Positions 13,600-25,244 of a stretch of 64,000 nucleotides of DNA are shown in pieces. Source of the stretch: Ranitomeya imitator (taxonomy: Eukaryota). The notes below the pieces were generated by a model. It ran no database searches. It was not told where the DNA came from and saw nothing but the letters and a program-made list of their open reading frames with translations. The position numbers and the translations under genes are program-made. The stretch covers positions 36,518,001 through 36,582,000 of the forward strand of contig NC_091282.1 of NCBI RefSeq assembly GCF_032444005.1. The letters are read 5' to 3'. Numbering within the stretch: position 1 is the stretch's first letter; every line of letters begins with the position of its first letter.

Positions 13600-14868
13600 A
13601 TAGATGAACGCTCTGTAGGAAGATCGATCTTGTGCAAGCCTAGATAGGTCCACCAGGGTCTTCTCTGCCATTATCTTTATAGTATCAAGCCCTAGGCTTG
13701 CTGGTTTTCCTCTTCGTCTGTTCCTTCTATTCTTCCGACCATGATGTCCTTCTCCAGTGATTGCTCTCTTCATAGAAAACCATTCTGTATATAGAGGATC
13801 TATAGGAAGATCGATCTTGATGAAGCTTAGATAGGTCCACCAGAGTCTTTTCCACCGTTATCTTTATAGTATCAAGCCATCAGGTTGCTGGTCTTCCTCT
13901 TCGTCTGTTCCTTCTATTCTTCCGACCATGATGTCCTTGTCCAGTGATTGCTCTCTTCGTAGAGATCCATTCTGTATATAGAGGATTTGTAGGAAGATCG
14001 ATCTTGTGCAAGCCTAGATAGGTCCACCAGAGTCTTTTCCACTGTTATCTTTATAGCATCAAGCCATCAGGTTGCTGGTCTTCCTCTTCGTCTGTTCCTT
14101 CTATTCTTCTGACCATGATGCTCTTCTCCAGTGATTGCTCTCTTTGTAGAGAACCATTCTGTATATAGAGGATCTGTAGGAAGATCAATCTTGATCAAGC
14201 CTAGATAGGTCCACCAGAGTCTTTTCCACCGTTATCTTTATAGTATCAAGCCATCAGGTTGCTGGTCTTCCTCTTCGTCTGTTCTTTCTATTCTTCTGAC
14301 CATGATGTCCTTCTCCAGTGATTGCTCTCTTCGTAGAGAACCATTCTGTATATAGAGGATCTATAGGAAGATTGATCTTGATCAAGCCTAGATAGGTCCA
14401 CCAGAGTCTTTTCCTCCGTTATCTTTATAGTATCAAGCCATCAGGTTGCTGGTCTTCTTCTTCGTCTGTTCTTTCTATTCTTCTGACCATGATGTCCTTC
14501 TCCAGTGATTGCTGGTCTTCTTCTTCTCCTTGTTCCTTCTATTCTTCCCACAATGATGTCCTTCCCTAGTGATTGTTCTCTTCGTATGATGGGTCCAAAG
14601 TTGCCAAGTCGTATCTCGGTGATCCTTGCTTCCAGTGACCTGTCTGGTTTGATTTGCTCCAGTATTGATTTGTTTGTTCTTCTTCCCTTCCATGGTATTG
14701 TTAACATCCTTCTCCTGCACCACATTTGATGGCCTCGAATCTTCTTTTGTCTCACTTCGTTATCGTCCAGGTCTCGCATCCGTATGTTACTACAGTAATC
14801 ACCAAACTATGTACAGTACGTCCCGTGTCTTCACTGCCAGTGAAATGTTCCTCGAAACCCCTCTAAAA
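13600..14868 (-). mobile_element. RTE-clade (BovB-like) LINE 3' fragment
   Basis: Minus strand gives HSLVITVVTYGCETWT...MWCRRRMLTIPW..RRTNKSILEQIKPDRSLEARI...SLGKDIIVGRIEGTRRRRRP, the C-terminus of an RTE reverse-transcriptase ORF, with stops and frameshifts. Confidence 0.85.
13610..14510 (-). repeat. ~187-bp tandem repeat (~5 copies) derived from the RTE 3' end
   Basis: GGAAGAT(C/T)(G/A)ATCTTG recurs near 13622, 13809, 13996, 14182 and 14369; each unit encodes ..RNRRRG(R/K)PA..LDTIKI..EKTLVDLSRL.QDRSSY.. on the minus strand. Confidence 0.9.
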
Positions 14869-15640
14869 GTAAAAATAAAGTTTATAATCCCTTAATCCAA
14901 GCAATTGAGAACTCTTCTCCCGGCGAAAGTGGGGCAGTACAGTGACGTCATGGTGGCACTCGTGCCGGGAAGTTGGTGATTTCTTGCCCATAGATCTGGT
15001 TAGAGAATGATGGGGCCGGCGGTTTCCTTCTTTACCACAGGTCTCTACTGTATCTGCGTCAGGTTGATGCGAATATGGCACTTGCCCAGAGATTAGAGGC
15101 ACTTTGCTCGAAGTCTTTGGCATGTGCACTGCCCCAAAATCTCCAAATTTTGCATCCGTAAGAATTTTGTGCCCAAGCCACCCATCTCTGTGCCCCCCGC
15201 TGGTGCGGCCACTGATTGGCCAAGCTATCATATCCTGTCGATTTCCTGTGTATCAAGACAGGACCAGGAAATAGAGACGCATGCAGACGGAGTAAGCGCC
15301 GGTCAGGAGCTGCGGGGGATCCGTGAAGCAGGAAAGTATTTATTTTCTTAGACCTCTCTATAAGCACATATGGATTATACTGTCAGCTGGACAACTCCCT
15401 TAAAGGGGTTATCTGGATCAATTTTTGTTGTTGTACTTAAATGCATGTATTTGGGGCTAATAATCAATTTTGCACAAAAAAAATTAGAATTTTGCAAAAA
15501 AGACAGATTAGAGTTAGAAACTCTCCACTTAGATTGTCAGAATGAGCTCGCTGACAGATTCTCATTTAACTCATTCTACAGCGCAATTCAGAGGATTTAG
15601 AAGGCAAACGGTGCACAAGTTTTAACCCCTCTGTGACCTT

Positions 15641-16560
15641 GGACGTACTATCCCGTCGAGGTGCCCTGGGCCTATCTGACCCTTGACGGGATAGTACGTC
15701 CTGCCCTTTAATGCGATACCGCGACTTAAGTCGCGGTGATCGCATTAAAATTCCGACGCCATCTCACCTGGGGGGAGATGGCCTCGGCATCCAGGGCATT
15801 GTCGCCGCCCACCCGCCCTCTCGATCGCTGTGATTGGCTGTTCAATTCTGAACAGCCAATCACAGCCATTCTCATTGTTTCAGCCAATCGGAGCGGCTGA
15901 AACAATGAGGTCACAGGCTAGGATCGAGTACCGATGTACTCGATCCTAGGTCCGGTGCCTGGCAACGCCAGGCACCGGCAAGAACACCCCGGATTGGCGC
16001 GATCGCCGATCGCATCGATCGCGCCAATCGCAGGGCACCGCGCGGTATTACCGCGCTGTGCCCTGCCGGAACCTGCGTGGATCGGTGCTCTAATAGCACC
16101 GATCCTAGGATAGGACACAGTGCAGGCCCAGCAGGGCCTGCAGGAGCCGATTGGCGCGATCGATGTCATCGTCGATCGCGCCAATCACAGGGCGCAGCGG
16201 CGATCACTCTGTGACCGCTCTGTGCCCTGCAGGTGACCTGGCTGTGACCTGCCTAGGATGGCGCGAACAGATCCGATCCTAGGCAGGTCACAGCCAGGTC
16301 ACCAGGAAAGCTCTGATTGGTGGGATCGATGTTATGGTCGATCCCACCAATGACAGGTCACAGCAGCAGCATGACCGCTCTGTGACCTGTCTGTGTCACC
16401 TGCCTGACCTGTGTATGACCGCTCTGCAGGGTCCTCATTCTAGCTGAGGATTCCTACAGAGCGGTCATACTGCTGGATCTCCCTGCTGGATTTTGTGCCT
16501 GGATCTCCCTGCCGTGCTGGGTATTGTGGTGCCACAGCAGCCTGTAGCACCACAATCCCT
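15641..16560. other. Train of ~18 consecutive short hairpins at the piggyBac left end
   Basis: Examples: GGACGTACTATCCCGTC/GACGGGATAGTACGTCC, GCTGTGATTGGCTGTTCA/TGAACAGCCAATCACAGC, CTAGGATCGAGTAC/GTACTCGATCCTAG, GGTGACCTGGCTGTGACCTGCCTAGGAT/ATCCTAGGCAGGTCACAGCCAGGTCACC. Confidence 0.9.
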
Positions 16561-16584
16561 GCTAAAGAAAGAAGACAACTAAAC

Positions 16585-17870
16585 GTAAGTTTTATCCCTG
16601 ATCCCTGCCCAATCCCCGTTCATCCACCCCAATCCCCGTTCATCCACCCCAATCCCCGTTCATCCACCCCAATCCCCCCTTCCCCCTCTTTTTACCCCCT
16701 CCACCCCCATTTGTGCCGCCTCCGTGCGCACATTTAGTAGCCGCCGAGCGTTGATTGGTGACGCAGTTCACCGATCAACGCTCGCGCTCGCTTTTTTTCC
16801 CTCGCCCCCGTTGCGCCAACTCCGTACACACATTCCGCAGCCGCCAAAGTTTGATAAGTGACGCAGTTCACTTATCAGAGTTTGTGCCTGCCGTTTTCCT
16901 TTTTTTTTTTTTCACCCCCCTTTTGCGCCACCTGACTACAACCGTACGTTTTGATCACTGATCCCTGCCCAATCCCCACTTCCACCCCCATCTCCCTTCC
17001 CCCTCTTTTTACCCCCCTTTGCACCTCCTTCCGTGCGCCCATTTAACAGCCGCCGAACGTTGATTGGTGACGTAGTTCACCGATCAACGCTCGCGCTCGC
17101 TTTTTTCCCTCACCCCCGTTGCGCCAACTCCGTACACACATTCCGCAGCCGCCAAAGTTTGATAAGTGACGCAGTTCACTTATCAGAGTTTGTGCCTGCC
17201 GTTTTCCTTTTTTTTTTTTTCACCCCCCTTTTGCGCCACCTGACTACAACCGTACGTTTTGATCACTGATCCCTGCCCAATCCCCACTTCCACCCCCATC
17301 TCCCTTCCCCCTCTTTTTACCCCCCTTTGCACCTCCTTCCGTGCGCCCATTTAACAGCCGCCGAACGTTGATTGGTGACGCAGTTCACCGATCAACGCTC
17401 GCGCTCGCTTTTTTTCCCTCACCCCCGTTGCGCCAACTCCGTACACACATTCCGCAGCCGCCAAAGTTTGATAAGTGACGCAGTTCACTTATCAGAGTTT
17501 GTGCCTGCCGTTTTCCTTTTTTTTTTTTTCACCCCCCTTTTGCGCCACCTGACTACAACCGTACGTTTTGATCACTGATCCCTGCCCAATCCCCACTTCC
17601 ACCCCCATCTCCCTTCCCCCTCTTTTTACCCCCCTTTGCACCTCCTTCCGTGCGCCCATTTAACAGCCGCCGAGCGTTGATTGGTGACGCAGTTCACCGA
17701 TCAACGCTCGCGCTCGCTTTTTTCCCTTCAGCCTTTTTGCGCAACCTCCGTACACACATCCCGCAGCCGCCAAACTTTGATAAGTGACGCAGTTCTCTTA
17801 TCAGAGTTTGTGCCTGCCTTTTTTTTTTTTTTTACAGGTTTTTCTTCTCCTTTTAGCATTTTCTTTTCAG
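16585..17870 (+). other. Predicted 5'-UTR intron of the piggyBac transposase gene
   Basis: Donor AC|GTAAGT at 16585; strong acceptors (T-run)ACAG at 17837 and TTTTCTTTTCAG at 17870, the latter ending 84 nt before the ATG at 17955. Confidence 0.45.
16600..17835. repeat. ~309-bp tandem repeat (4 copies) inside piggyBac
   Basis: GATCCCTGCCCAATCCCC at 16600, 16960, 17268 and 17577; the first unit has extra 17-bp subrepeats. Confidence 0.95.
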
Positions 17871-17954
17871 ATAAGTTTGCACAAATCACTATCCCCCCAC
17901 ACATACACATACAGTTATCAATAAAGTGCACCCAATCACCATATTCACACAAAA

Positions 17955-19720
17955 ATGTCCCGCTCGTCCCGTTCGTCCCAACAGCGCTATTCATTGGAGG
18001 AGGCATATGCTTTCCTTGCCTCCGACACTGATAGCGAGGGAGAGGATCCCACTTTTCTTCACTTTTCTGATTCTTCATCCTCTTCCTCCTCCTCTTCCTC
18101 CTCCTCCTCCTCTTCCTCCTCGGGTCCTGCGGAACCACCACGCAGACGCCCCAGGACAGAAGATGAGGCAGCCCCCACCACTCCTGAACCAGCGCTCCCC
18201 ACTGCGGAACCCACATGGACCTCGCCCCCCGAAATTTACGAGCCACTGATTCCTGATTTTGTGGCAGAATCAGGAATCAAGTTTGACACCACGGGCCTCA
18301 CAGAAACAGACTTTTTCAAAGTCTTTTTCTCTGAGGATTTTATTAACCTCATGGTGGAGCAAACTAATTTGTATGCTCGTCAATTTTTGGAGCAAAACCC
18401 CGGTACATCATTTTCCAACTGGTCTCCTGTAGACGCAGTTGAAATGATGCAGTTTTGGGGCCTGGTCCTCCACATGGGGATCGTGAAGAAGCCAGAAATG
18501 CGGCAATATTGGAGTGTAGATGTTTTATATAACACTCCAGTATTCCGAATGGCCATGGTTCGGAGACGTTTTGAGGCCATCCATAAATTCCTGCATTATT
18601 CCGATAATGCACAGTGTCCCGCACGAGATGACCCCAACTTTGACCGTCTGTTCAAAGTTCGGCCGGTCATCGAACACTTCAACAAAAAGTTTTCTGAAGT
18701 GTACGTGCCCAAAAGGGACATCTGCGTGGATGAGTCCTTGGTCCATTTTAAGGGGCGGCTCGGATTCCGTCAATACCTGCCCAACAAAAGGGCCAGGTAC
18801 GGAATCAAACTCTACAAGCTGTGTGAGAGTGCCTCAGGGTACATCCACAGGTTTAGAGTGTATGAAGGGAAGGACAGCAGGATTGAACCCCCTGAGTGTC
18901 CTCCTGTCCTGGGAGTGAGTGGGAAGATCGTGTGGGATTTGGTGCACCCACTGCTGGATAAAGGTTATCACCTCTATACTGATAACTTTTATACCAGCAT
19001 CCCACTCTACAAATCCCTCTCTGCGCGAGGTACCGCAGCCTGCGGTACTGTGCGCAAAAATCAGAGAGGCCTCCCAAAGACGCTACTTCGGCAGATGCTC
19101 AGAAAAGGTGAGAGCAAGGCCCAATGTAGCGACCACCTGCTGGTGGTCAAGTACAAGGACAAGAGGGATGTCCTTCTCTTGACCACCATACATGGTGATG
19201 GCAGAGCCCTCAGCACTGTACGGGGTACCTCTACACAGGTCTGCAAACCGGACTGTGTACTGGGCTACAACAAAAGCATGGGGGGGTTGATCTCTCTGAT
19301 CAACTCCTCCAACCATACAGTGCTTTGAGAAAGGCCAAGGTGTGGTACAAAAAGTTGGCCGTCCACATCGTACAAATGGCAATGCTCAACGCTTTCCTGC
19401 TGTTACGATGTGCACGCCACACCGATACGTCGTACCTTCAGTTCCAGGAGGTAGTGGTTAAGGCCCTGATATTTGGTACTCCGGAAGGAGAGGGCCCCAG
19501 TACTTCCGGAACTGAAGGTGCTCGTATCGTACCAGGCCAGCATTTTCCGGGGGTGGTCCCGCCAACCGGCAGAAAAGGTAAGCCGCAAAAAAGGTGCCGA
19601 GTGTGTTACAAAAGGGGAATACGCAAGGACACCATTTATCAATGCGACACCTGCCCCGAAAAACCTGGCCTGTGTATGAAGGATTGCTTCAGATTGTACC
19701 ACACCTCCATGCACTACTAA
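17955..19720 (+). pseudogene. piggyBac (PGBD4-like) transposase with one frameshift; 588 aa if restored
   Basis: Catalytic motifs CVDESL and YTDNFYTS; third Asp GG(V)D broken at ATG-GGGGGG-TTGAT (19278-19291), one G short; the next frame gives VDLSDQLLQPYSALRKAKVWYKKL and the C-terminal Cys-rich domain RCRVC..CDTC..LC..CF..YH. Confidence 0.93.
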
Positions 19721-19759
19721 TTTACTTTACAAGAAAGCGTACATTAGTTCCAAAAAGGG

Positions 19760-22700
19760 GGCACATCTAGATAAGTTCCTTGGGGGGGGGTCTAGGTTCC
19801 AAAATGATGTCACTTGTGGTTTTTTTTTACTGTTTAGGCACATCAGGGGCTCTGCAAACGGAACATGACGACCGCAGACAATTTCTGCATTCCAAAACGT
19901 CACAACTTCCCTTTCGAGCCCCAACGTGTGCCTAAACAGTTTTTTCCCACATATGGCGTACCAGCGTAATCAGGACAATTTGGACAACAACTTTTGATGT
20001 CCAATTTCTCCTGTTACCTTTGGGAAAATTAAAAATTGGGGACTAAAATATCATTTTTGTGGGAAAAAATAGGATTTTTTATTTTCACGCCTGGGCATTA
20101 TAAACTTTAGTGAAGCACGTGGGGGTTCAAATTTCTCACCAAACACCTAGATAAGTTCCTTAGGGGGTACAGTTTCCAAAATGGGGTCACTTGTGGGGGG
20201 TTTCTACTGTTTAGTCACATCAGGGGCTCTGCAAATGGAACATGATGCCAGCAGAACATTCCATCAAAGTCTGCATTCCAAAACGTCACTACTTCCCTTT
20301 CGAGCCCCAACGTGTGCCCAAACAGTAGTTCCTCCCCACATATGGGGTATCAGCGTACTCAGGACAAATTGGACAACAACTTTTGGGGTCCAATTTCTCC
20401 TGGTACCCTTGGGAAAATTAAAAATTGGGGACTAAAATATCATTTTTGTGGGAAAAAATAGGATTTTTTATTTTCACACCTGGGCATTATAAAGTTTAGT
20501 GAAGCACGTGGGGGTTCAAAATTCTCACCACACAACTAGATAAGTTCCTTAGGGGGTACAGTTTCCAAAATGGGGTCACTTGTGGGGGGTTTCTACTGTT
20601 TAGTCACATCAGGGGCTCTGCAAATGGAACATGATGCCAGCAGAACATTCCATCAAAGTCTGCATTCCAAAACGTCACTACTTCCCTTTCGAGCCCCAAC
20701 GTGTGCCCAAACAGTAGTTCCTCCCCACATATGGGGTATCAGCGTACTCAGGACAAATTGGACAACAACTTTTGGGGTCCAATTTCTCCTGGTACCCTTG
20801 GGAAAATTAAAAATTGGGGACTAAAATATCATTTTTGTAGGAAAAAATAGGATTTTTTATTTTCACGCCTGGGCATTATATACTTTAGTGAAGCACGTGG
20901 GGGTTCAAAATTCTCACCACACAACTAGATAAGTTCCTTAGAGGGTCTAGTTTCCAAAATGGGGTCACTTGTGGGGGGTTTCCACTGTTTAGGCACATCA
21001 TGGGCTCTCCAAACGCGACATGGCGTCCGATCTCAATTCCAGCCAAAGTTAGCTTGAAAAAGTCAAACGGCGCTCCTTTCCTTCTGAGCCCTGCCATGCG
21101 CCCAAACAGTGGTTCCCCCCAAATATGGGGTATCAGCGTACTCAGGACAAATTGGACAACAACTTTTGGGGTCCAATTTCTCCTTTTACCCTTGAGAAAA
21201 TAAAAAATTGGGGACTAAACGATCATGTTTGTGGAAAAAAATAGGAATTTTTTTTTTCACGCCAGGGCGTTATAAACTTTCGTGAAGCACTTGGGGGATA
21301 AAAGTGCTCATGACACATCTAGATAAGTTCCTTAGGGGGTCTAGTTTCCAAAATGGGGTCACTTGTGGGGGGTTTCCACTGTTTAGGCACATCAGGGGGT
21401 CGCCAAACGCGACATGGCGTCCGATCTCAATTCCAGCCAAAGTTAGCTTGAAAAAGTCAAACGGCGCTCCTTTCCTTCTGAGCCCTGCCATGCGCCCAAA
21501 CAGTGGTCCCCCCCCACATATGGGGTATCAGCGTACTCAGGACAAATTGGACAACAACTTTTGGGGTCCAATTTCTCCTTTTACCCTTGAGAAAATAAAA
21601 AATTGGGGACTAAACGATCATGTTTGTGGAAAAAATAGGAATTTTTTTTTTCACGCCCGGGCGTTATAAACTTTCGTGAAGCACTTGGGGGATAAAAGTG
21701 CTCATGACACATCTAGATAAGTTCCTTAGGGGGTCTAGTTTCAAAAATGGGGTCATTTGTGGGGGGTTTCCACTGTTTAGGCACATCAGGGGGTCGCCAA
21801 ACGCGACATGGCGTCCGATCTCAATTCCAGCCAAATTTAGCTTGAAAAAGTCAAACGGCGCTCCTTTCCTTCTGAGCCCTGCCATGCGCCCAAACAGTGG
21901 TCCCCCCCACATATGGGGTATCAGCGTACTCAGGACAAATTGGACAACAACTTTTGGGGTCCAATTTCTCCTTTTACCCTTGAGAAAATAAAAAATTGGG
22001 GACTAAACGATCATGTTTGTGGAAAAAATAGGAATTTTTTTTTTCACGCCCGGGCGTTATAAACTTTCGTGAAGCACTTGGGGGATAAAAGTGCTCATGA
22101 CACATCTAGATAAGTTCCTTAGGGGGTCTAGTTTCCAAAATGGGGTCATTTGTGGGGGGTTTCCACTGTTTAGGCACATCAGGGGGTCGCCAAACGCGAC
22201 ATGGCGTCCGATCTCAATTCCAGCCAAATTTAGCTTGAAAAAGTCAAACGGCGCTCCTTTCCTTCTGAGCCCTGCCATGCGCCCAAACAGTGGTCCCCCC
22301 CCACATATGGGGTATCAGCGTACTCAGGACAAATTGGACAACAACTTTTGGGGTCCAATTTCTCCTTTTACCCTTGAGAAAATAAAAAATTGGGGACTAA
22401 ACGATCATGTTTGTGGAAAAAATAGGAATTTTTTTTTTCACGCCCGGGCGTTATAAACTTTCGTGAAGCACTTGGGGGATAAAAGTGCTCATGACACATC
22501 TAGATAAGTTCCTTAGGGGGTCTAGTTTCAAAAATGGGGTCATTTGTGGGGGGTTTCCACTGTTTAGGCACATCAGGGGGTCGCCAAACGCGACATGGCG
22601 TCCGATCTCAATTCCAGCCAAATTTAGCTTGAAAAAGTCAAACGGCGCTCCTTTCCTTCTGAGCCCTGCCATGCGCCCACACAGTGGTCCCCCCCCACAT

Positions 22701-23990
22701 ATGGGGTATCAGCGTACTCAGGACAAATTGGACAACAACTTTTGGGGTCCAATTTCTCCTTTTATCCTTGAGAAAATAAAAAATTGGGGACTAAACGATC
22801 ATGTTTGTGGAAAAAATAGGAATTTTTTTTTTCACGCCCGGGCGTTATAAACTTTCGTGAATAACTTGGGGGATAAAAGTGCTCATGACACATCTAGATA
22901 AGTTCCTTAGGGGGTCTAGTTTCAAAAATGGGGTCATTTGTGGGGGGTTTCCACTGTTTAGGCACATCAGGGGGTCGCCAAACGCGACATGGCGTCCGAT
23001 CTCAATTCCAGCCAAATTTAGCTTGAAAAAGTCAAACGGCGCTCCTTTCCTTCTGAGCCCTGCCATGCGCCCAAACAGTGGTCCCCCCCACATATGGGGT
23101 ATCAGCGTACTCAGGACAAATTGGACAACAACTTTTGGGGTCCAATTTCTCCTTTTACCCTTGAGAAAATAAAAAATTGGGGACTAAACGATCATGTTTG
23201 TGGAAAAAATAGGATTTTTTTTTTTCACGCCCGGGCGTTATAAACTTTCGTGAAGCACTTGGGGGATAAAAGTGCTCATGACACATCTAGATAAGTTCCT
23301 TAGGGGGTCTAGTTTCCAAAATGGGGTCATTTGTGGGAGGTTTCCACTGCTTAGGCACATCAGGGGGTCGCCAAACGCGACATGGCGTCCGATCTCAATT
23401 CCAGCCAAATTTAGCTTGAAAAAGTCAAACGGCGCTCCTTTCCTTCTGAGCCCTGCCATGCGCCCAAACAGTGGTCCCCCCCACATATGGGGTATCAGCG
23501 TACTCAGGACAAATTGGACAACAACTTTTGGGGTCCAATTTCTCCTTTTACCCTTGAGAAAATAAAAAATTGGGGACTAAACGATCATGTTTGTGGAAAA
23601 AATAGGAATTTTTTTTTTCACGCCCGGGCGTTATAAACTTTCGTGAAGCACTTGGGGGATAAAAGTGCTCATGACACATCTAGATAAGTTCCTTAGGGGG
23701 TCTAGTTTCCAAAATAGGGTCACTTGTGGGGGGTTTCCACTGTTTAGGCACATCAGGGGGTCGCCAAACGCGACATGGCGTCCGATCTCAATTCCAGCCA
23801 AATTTAGCTTGAAAAAGTCAAACGGCGCTCCTTTCCTTCTGAGCCCTGCCATGCGCCCAAAAAGTGGTTCCCCCTCACATGTGGGGTATCAGCGTACTCA
23901 GGATAAATTGGACAACAACTTTTGAGGTCCATTTTCTCTTTTTACCCTTGGGAAATTAAAAAGATTATTGCTGAAAGATCATTTTTGTGA
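19760..23990. repeat. ~381-394-bp tandem array (~11 copies) in the piggyBac 3' region
   Basis: CTAGATAAGTTCCTT recurs every 381-394 bp from about 19766 to about 23680; the later units are near-identical. Confidence 0.95.
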
Positions 23991-25244
23991 CTAAAAAGTA
24001 AAATGTTAATTTTTTCCTTCCATGTTGCTTCTGCTGCTGTGAATCACCTGAAGGGTTAATAAACTTCTTGAATGTGGTTTTGAGCACCTTGAGGGGTGCA
24101 GTTTTTAGAATGGTGTCGCTTTTGGGTATTTTCTGCCATATAGACCCTTCAAAATGACTTCAAATGTGAGGTGGTCCCTAAAAAAAATGGTTTTGTAAAT
24201 TTGGTTGTAAAAATGAGAAATTGCTGGTCAAATTTTAACCCTTATAACTTCCTTGAAAAAAAAAAGTTTGTTTCAAAAATTGTGCTGATGTAAAGTAGAC
24301 ATGTGGGAAATGTTATTTATTAACTATATTGTGTCACATAACTCTCTGGTTTAACAGAATAAAAATTCAAAGTTGGAAAATTGTGAAATTTTCAAAATTT
24401 TCGCCAAATTTCCGTTTTTTTCACAAATAAACGCAAGTTATATCGAAGAAATTTTAGCACTATCATGAAGTACAATATGTTACAAGAAAACAATCTCAGA
24501 ATCGCTAAGATCCGTTGAAGTGTTTCGGAGTTATAACCTCATAAAGGGACAGTGGTCAGAATTGTAAAAATTGGCCTGGTCATTAACGTGCAAACCACCC
24601 TTGGGGGTAAAGGGGTTAATGAAACCCAATTACAAAGATGATTTTTAGGCGAAAATACATGAAGTTTGGCAAAAAAATTAGAAATTGTCATCTAAGGTGG
24701 ACAATCCCTTTAAGCACATAGGGATGCATTGCCGCTGGCTCTGTTAGCACTGGTCATTGAGGACATAGGACTTGCTATTGCTTTATGGCAGGAACCTGGA
24801 GTCTCCATGGTGCAGTGATGGCGCTATAGATGGGTCACTGATCGCGGCTGCACCGTGCCGCCCATATATCATGCTGACAGCTGCAATATGAGACACATCA
24901 ATATTATGGACGTCGCAGTTGTTAATTGCATATTTCTGGAATTATTCCAGCTACGTAGACGCAACAAGGCGATACTTTACATGAGGAATGTGCCGTCTAT
25001 TTGTGCTGTCAATCCGTGCCAGCATCAGCAGCCTGTAATAAATGAGCCCCCCGCTACAGAGCGGAGCAGATCAATACAGGGGGTCAAGGTTTGAGTGATA
25101 CTTGCTAAAACTCGTTAGCTTGTCTGATTATTAATCAGCAATGCACCATGGGAAAACAAGTATGCAAATTAAAGCCAGAAGAAAACTATCTCTCTAGTGC
25201 CACCTAGTGGTGATGGCTAGAATTCAATGCCTCAATTCATTTAA

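Larger units (their letters stand above)
15626..24615 (+). mobile_element. piggyBac-superfamily DNA transposon, 8990 bp
   Basis: TTAA at 15622-15625 and 24616-24619; termini CCCCT...AGGGG; encodes a piggyBac transposase; boundaries confirmed by an empty-site paralogue near 25605-25640. Confidence 0.9.
15404..24709. mobile_element. T2/Kolobok-type MITE split in two (15404-15625 and 24616-24709) by the piggyBac insertion
   Basis: TTAA|AGGGGTTATCTGGA at 15400; GGACAATCCCT|TTAA at 24710-24713; the joined halves match the uninterrupted related copy at 25510-25680. Confidence 0.7.

Noticed and set aside
19325-19328. TTGA start/stop overlap suggesting translational coupling or a programmed frameshift between two piggyBac ORFs
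   Set aside because: The real break is about 40 nt upstream, in a G-run inside the catalytic GGVD motif; it is not a canonical XXXYYYZ (Y=A/U) slippery site. A simple 1-bp loss explains it.
19760-23990. Regularly spaced repeats and repeated 70-121-aa ORFs resembling a CRISPR array or gene cluster
   Set aside because: Whole units repeat with no unique spacers, there are no cas genes, and the context is eukaryotic.
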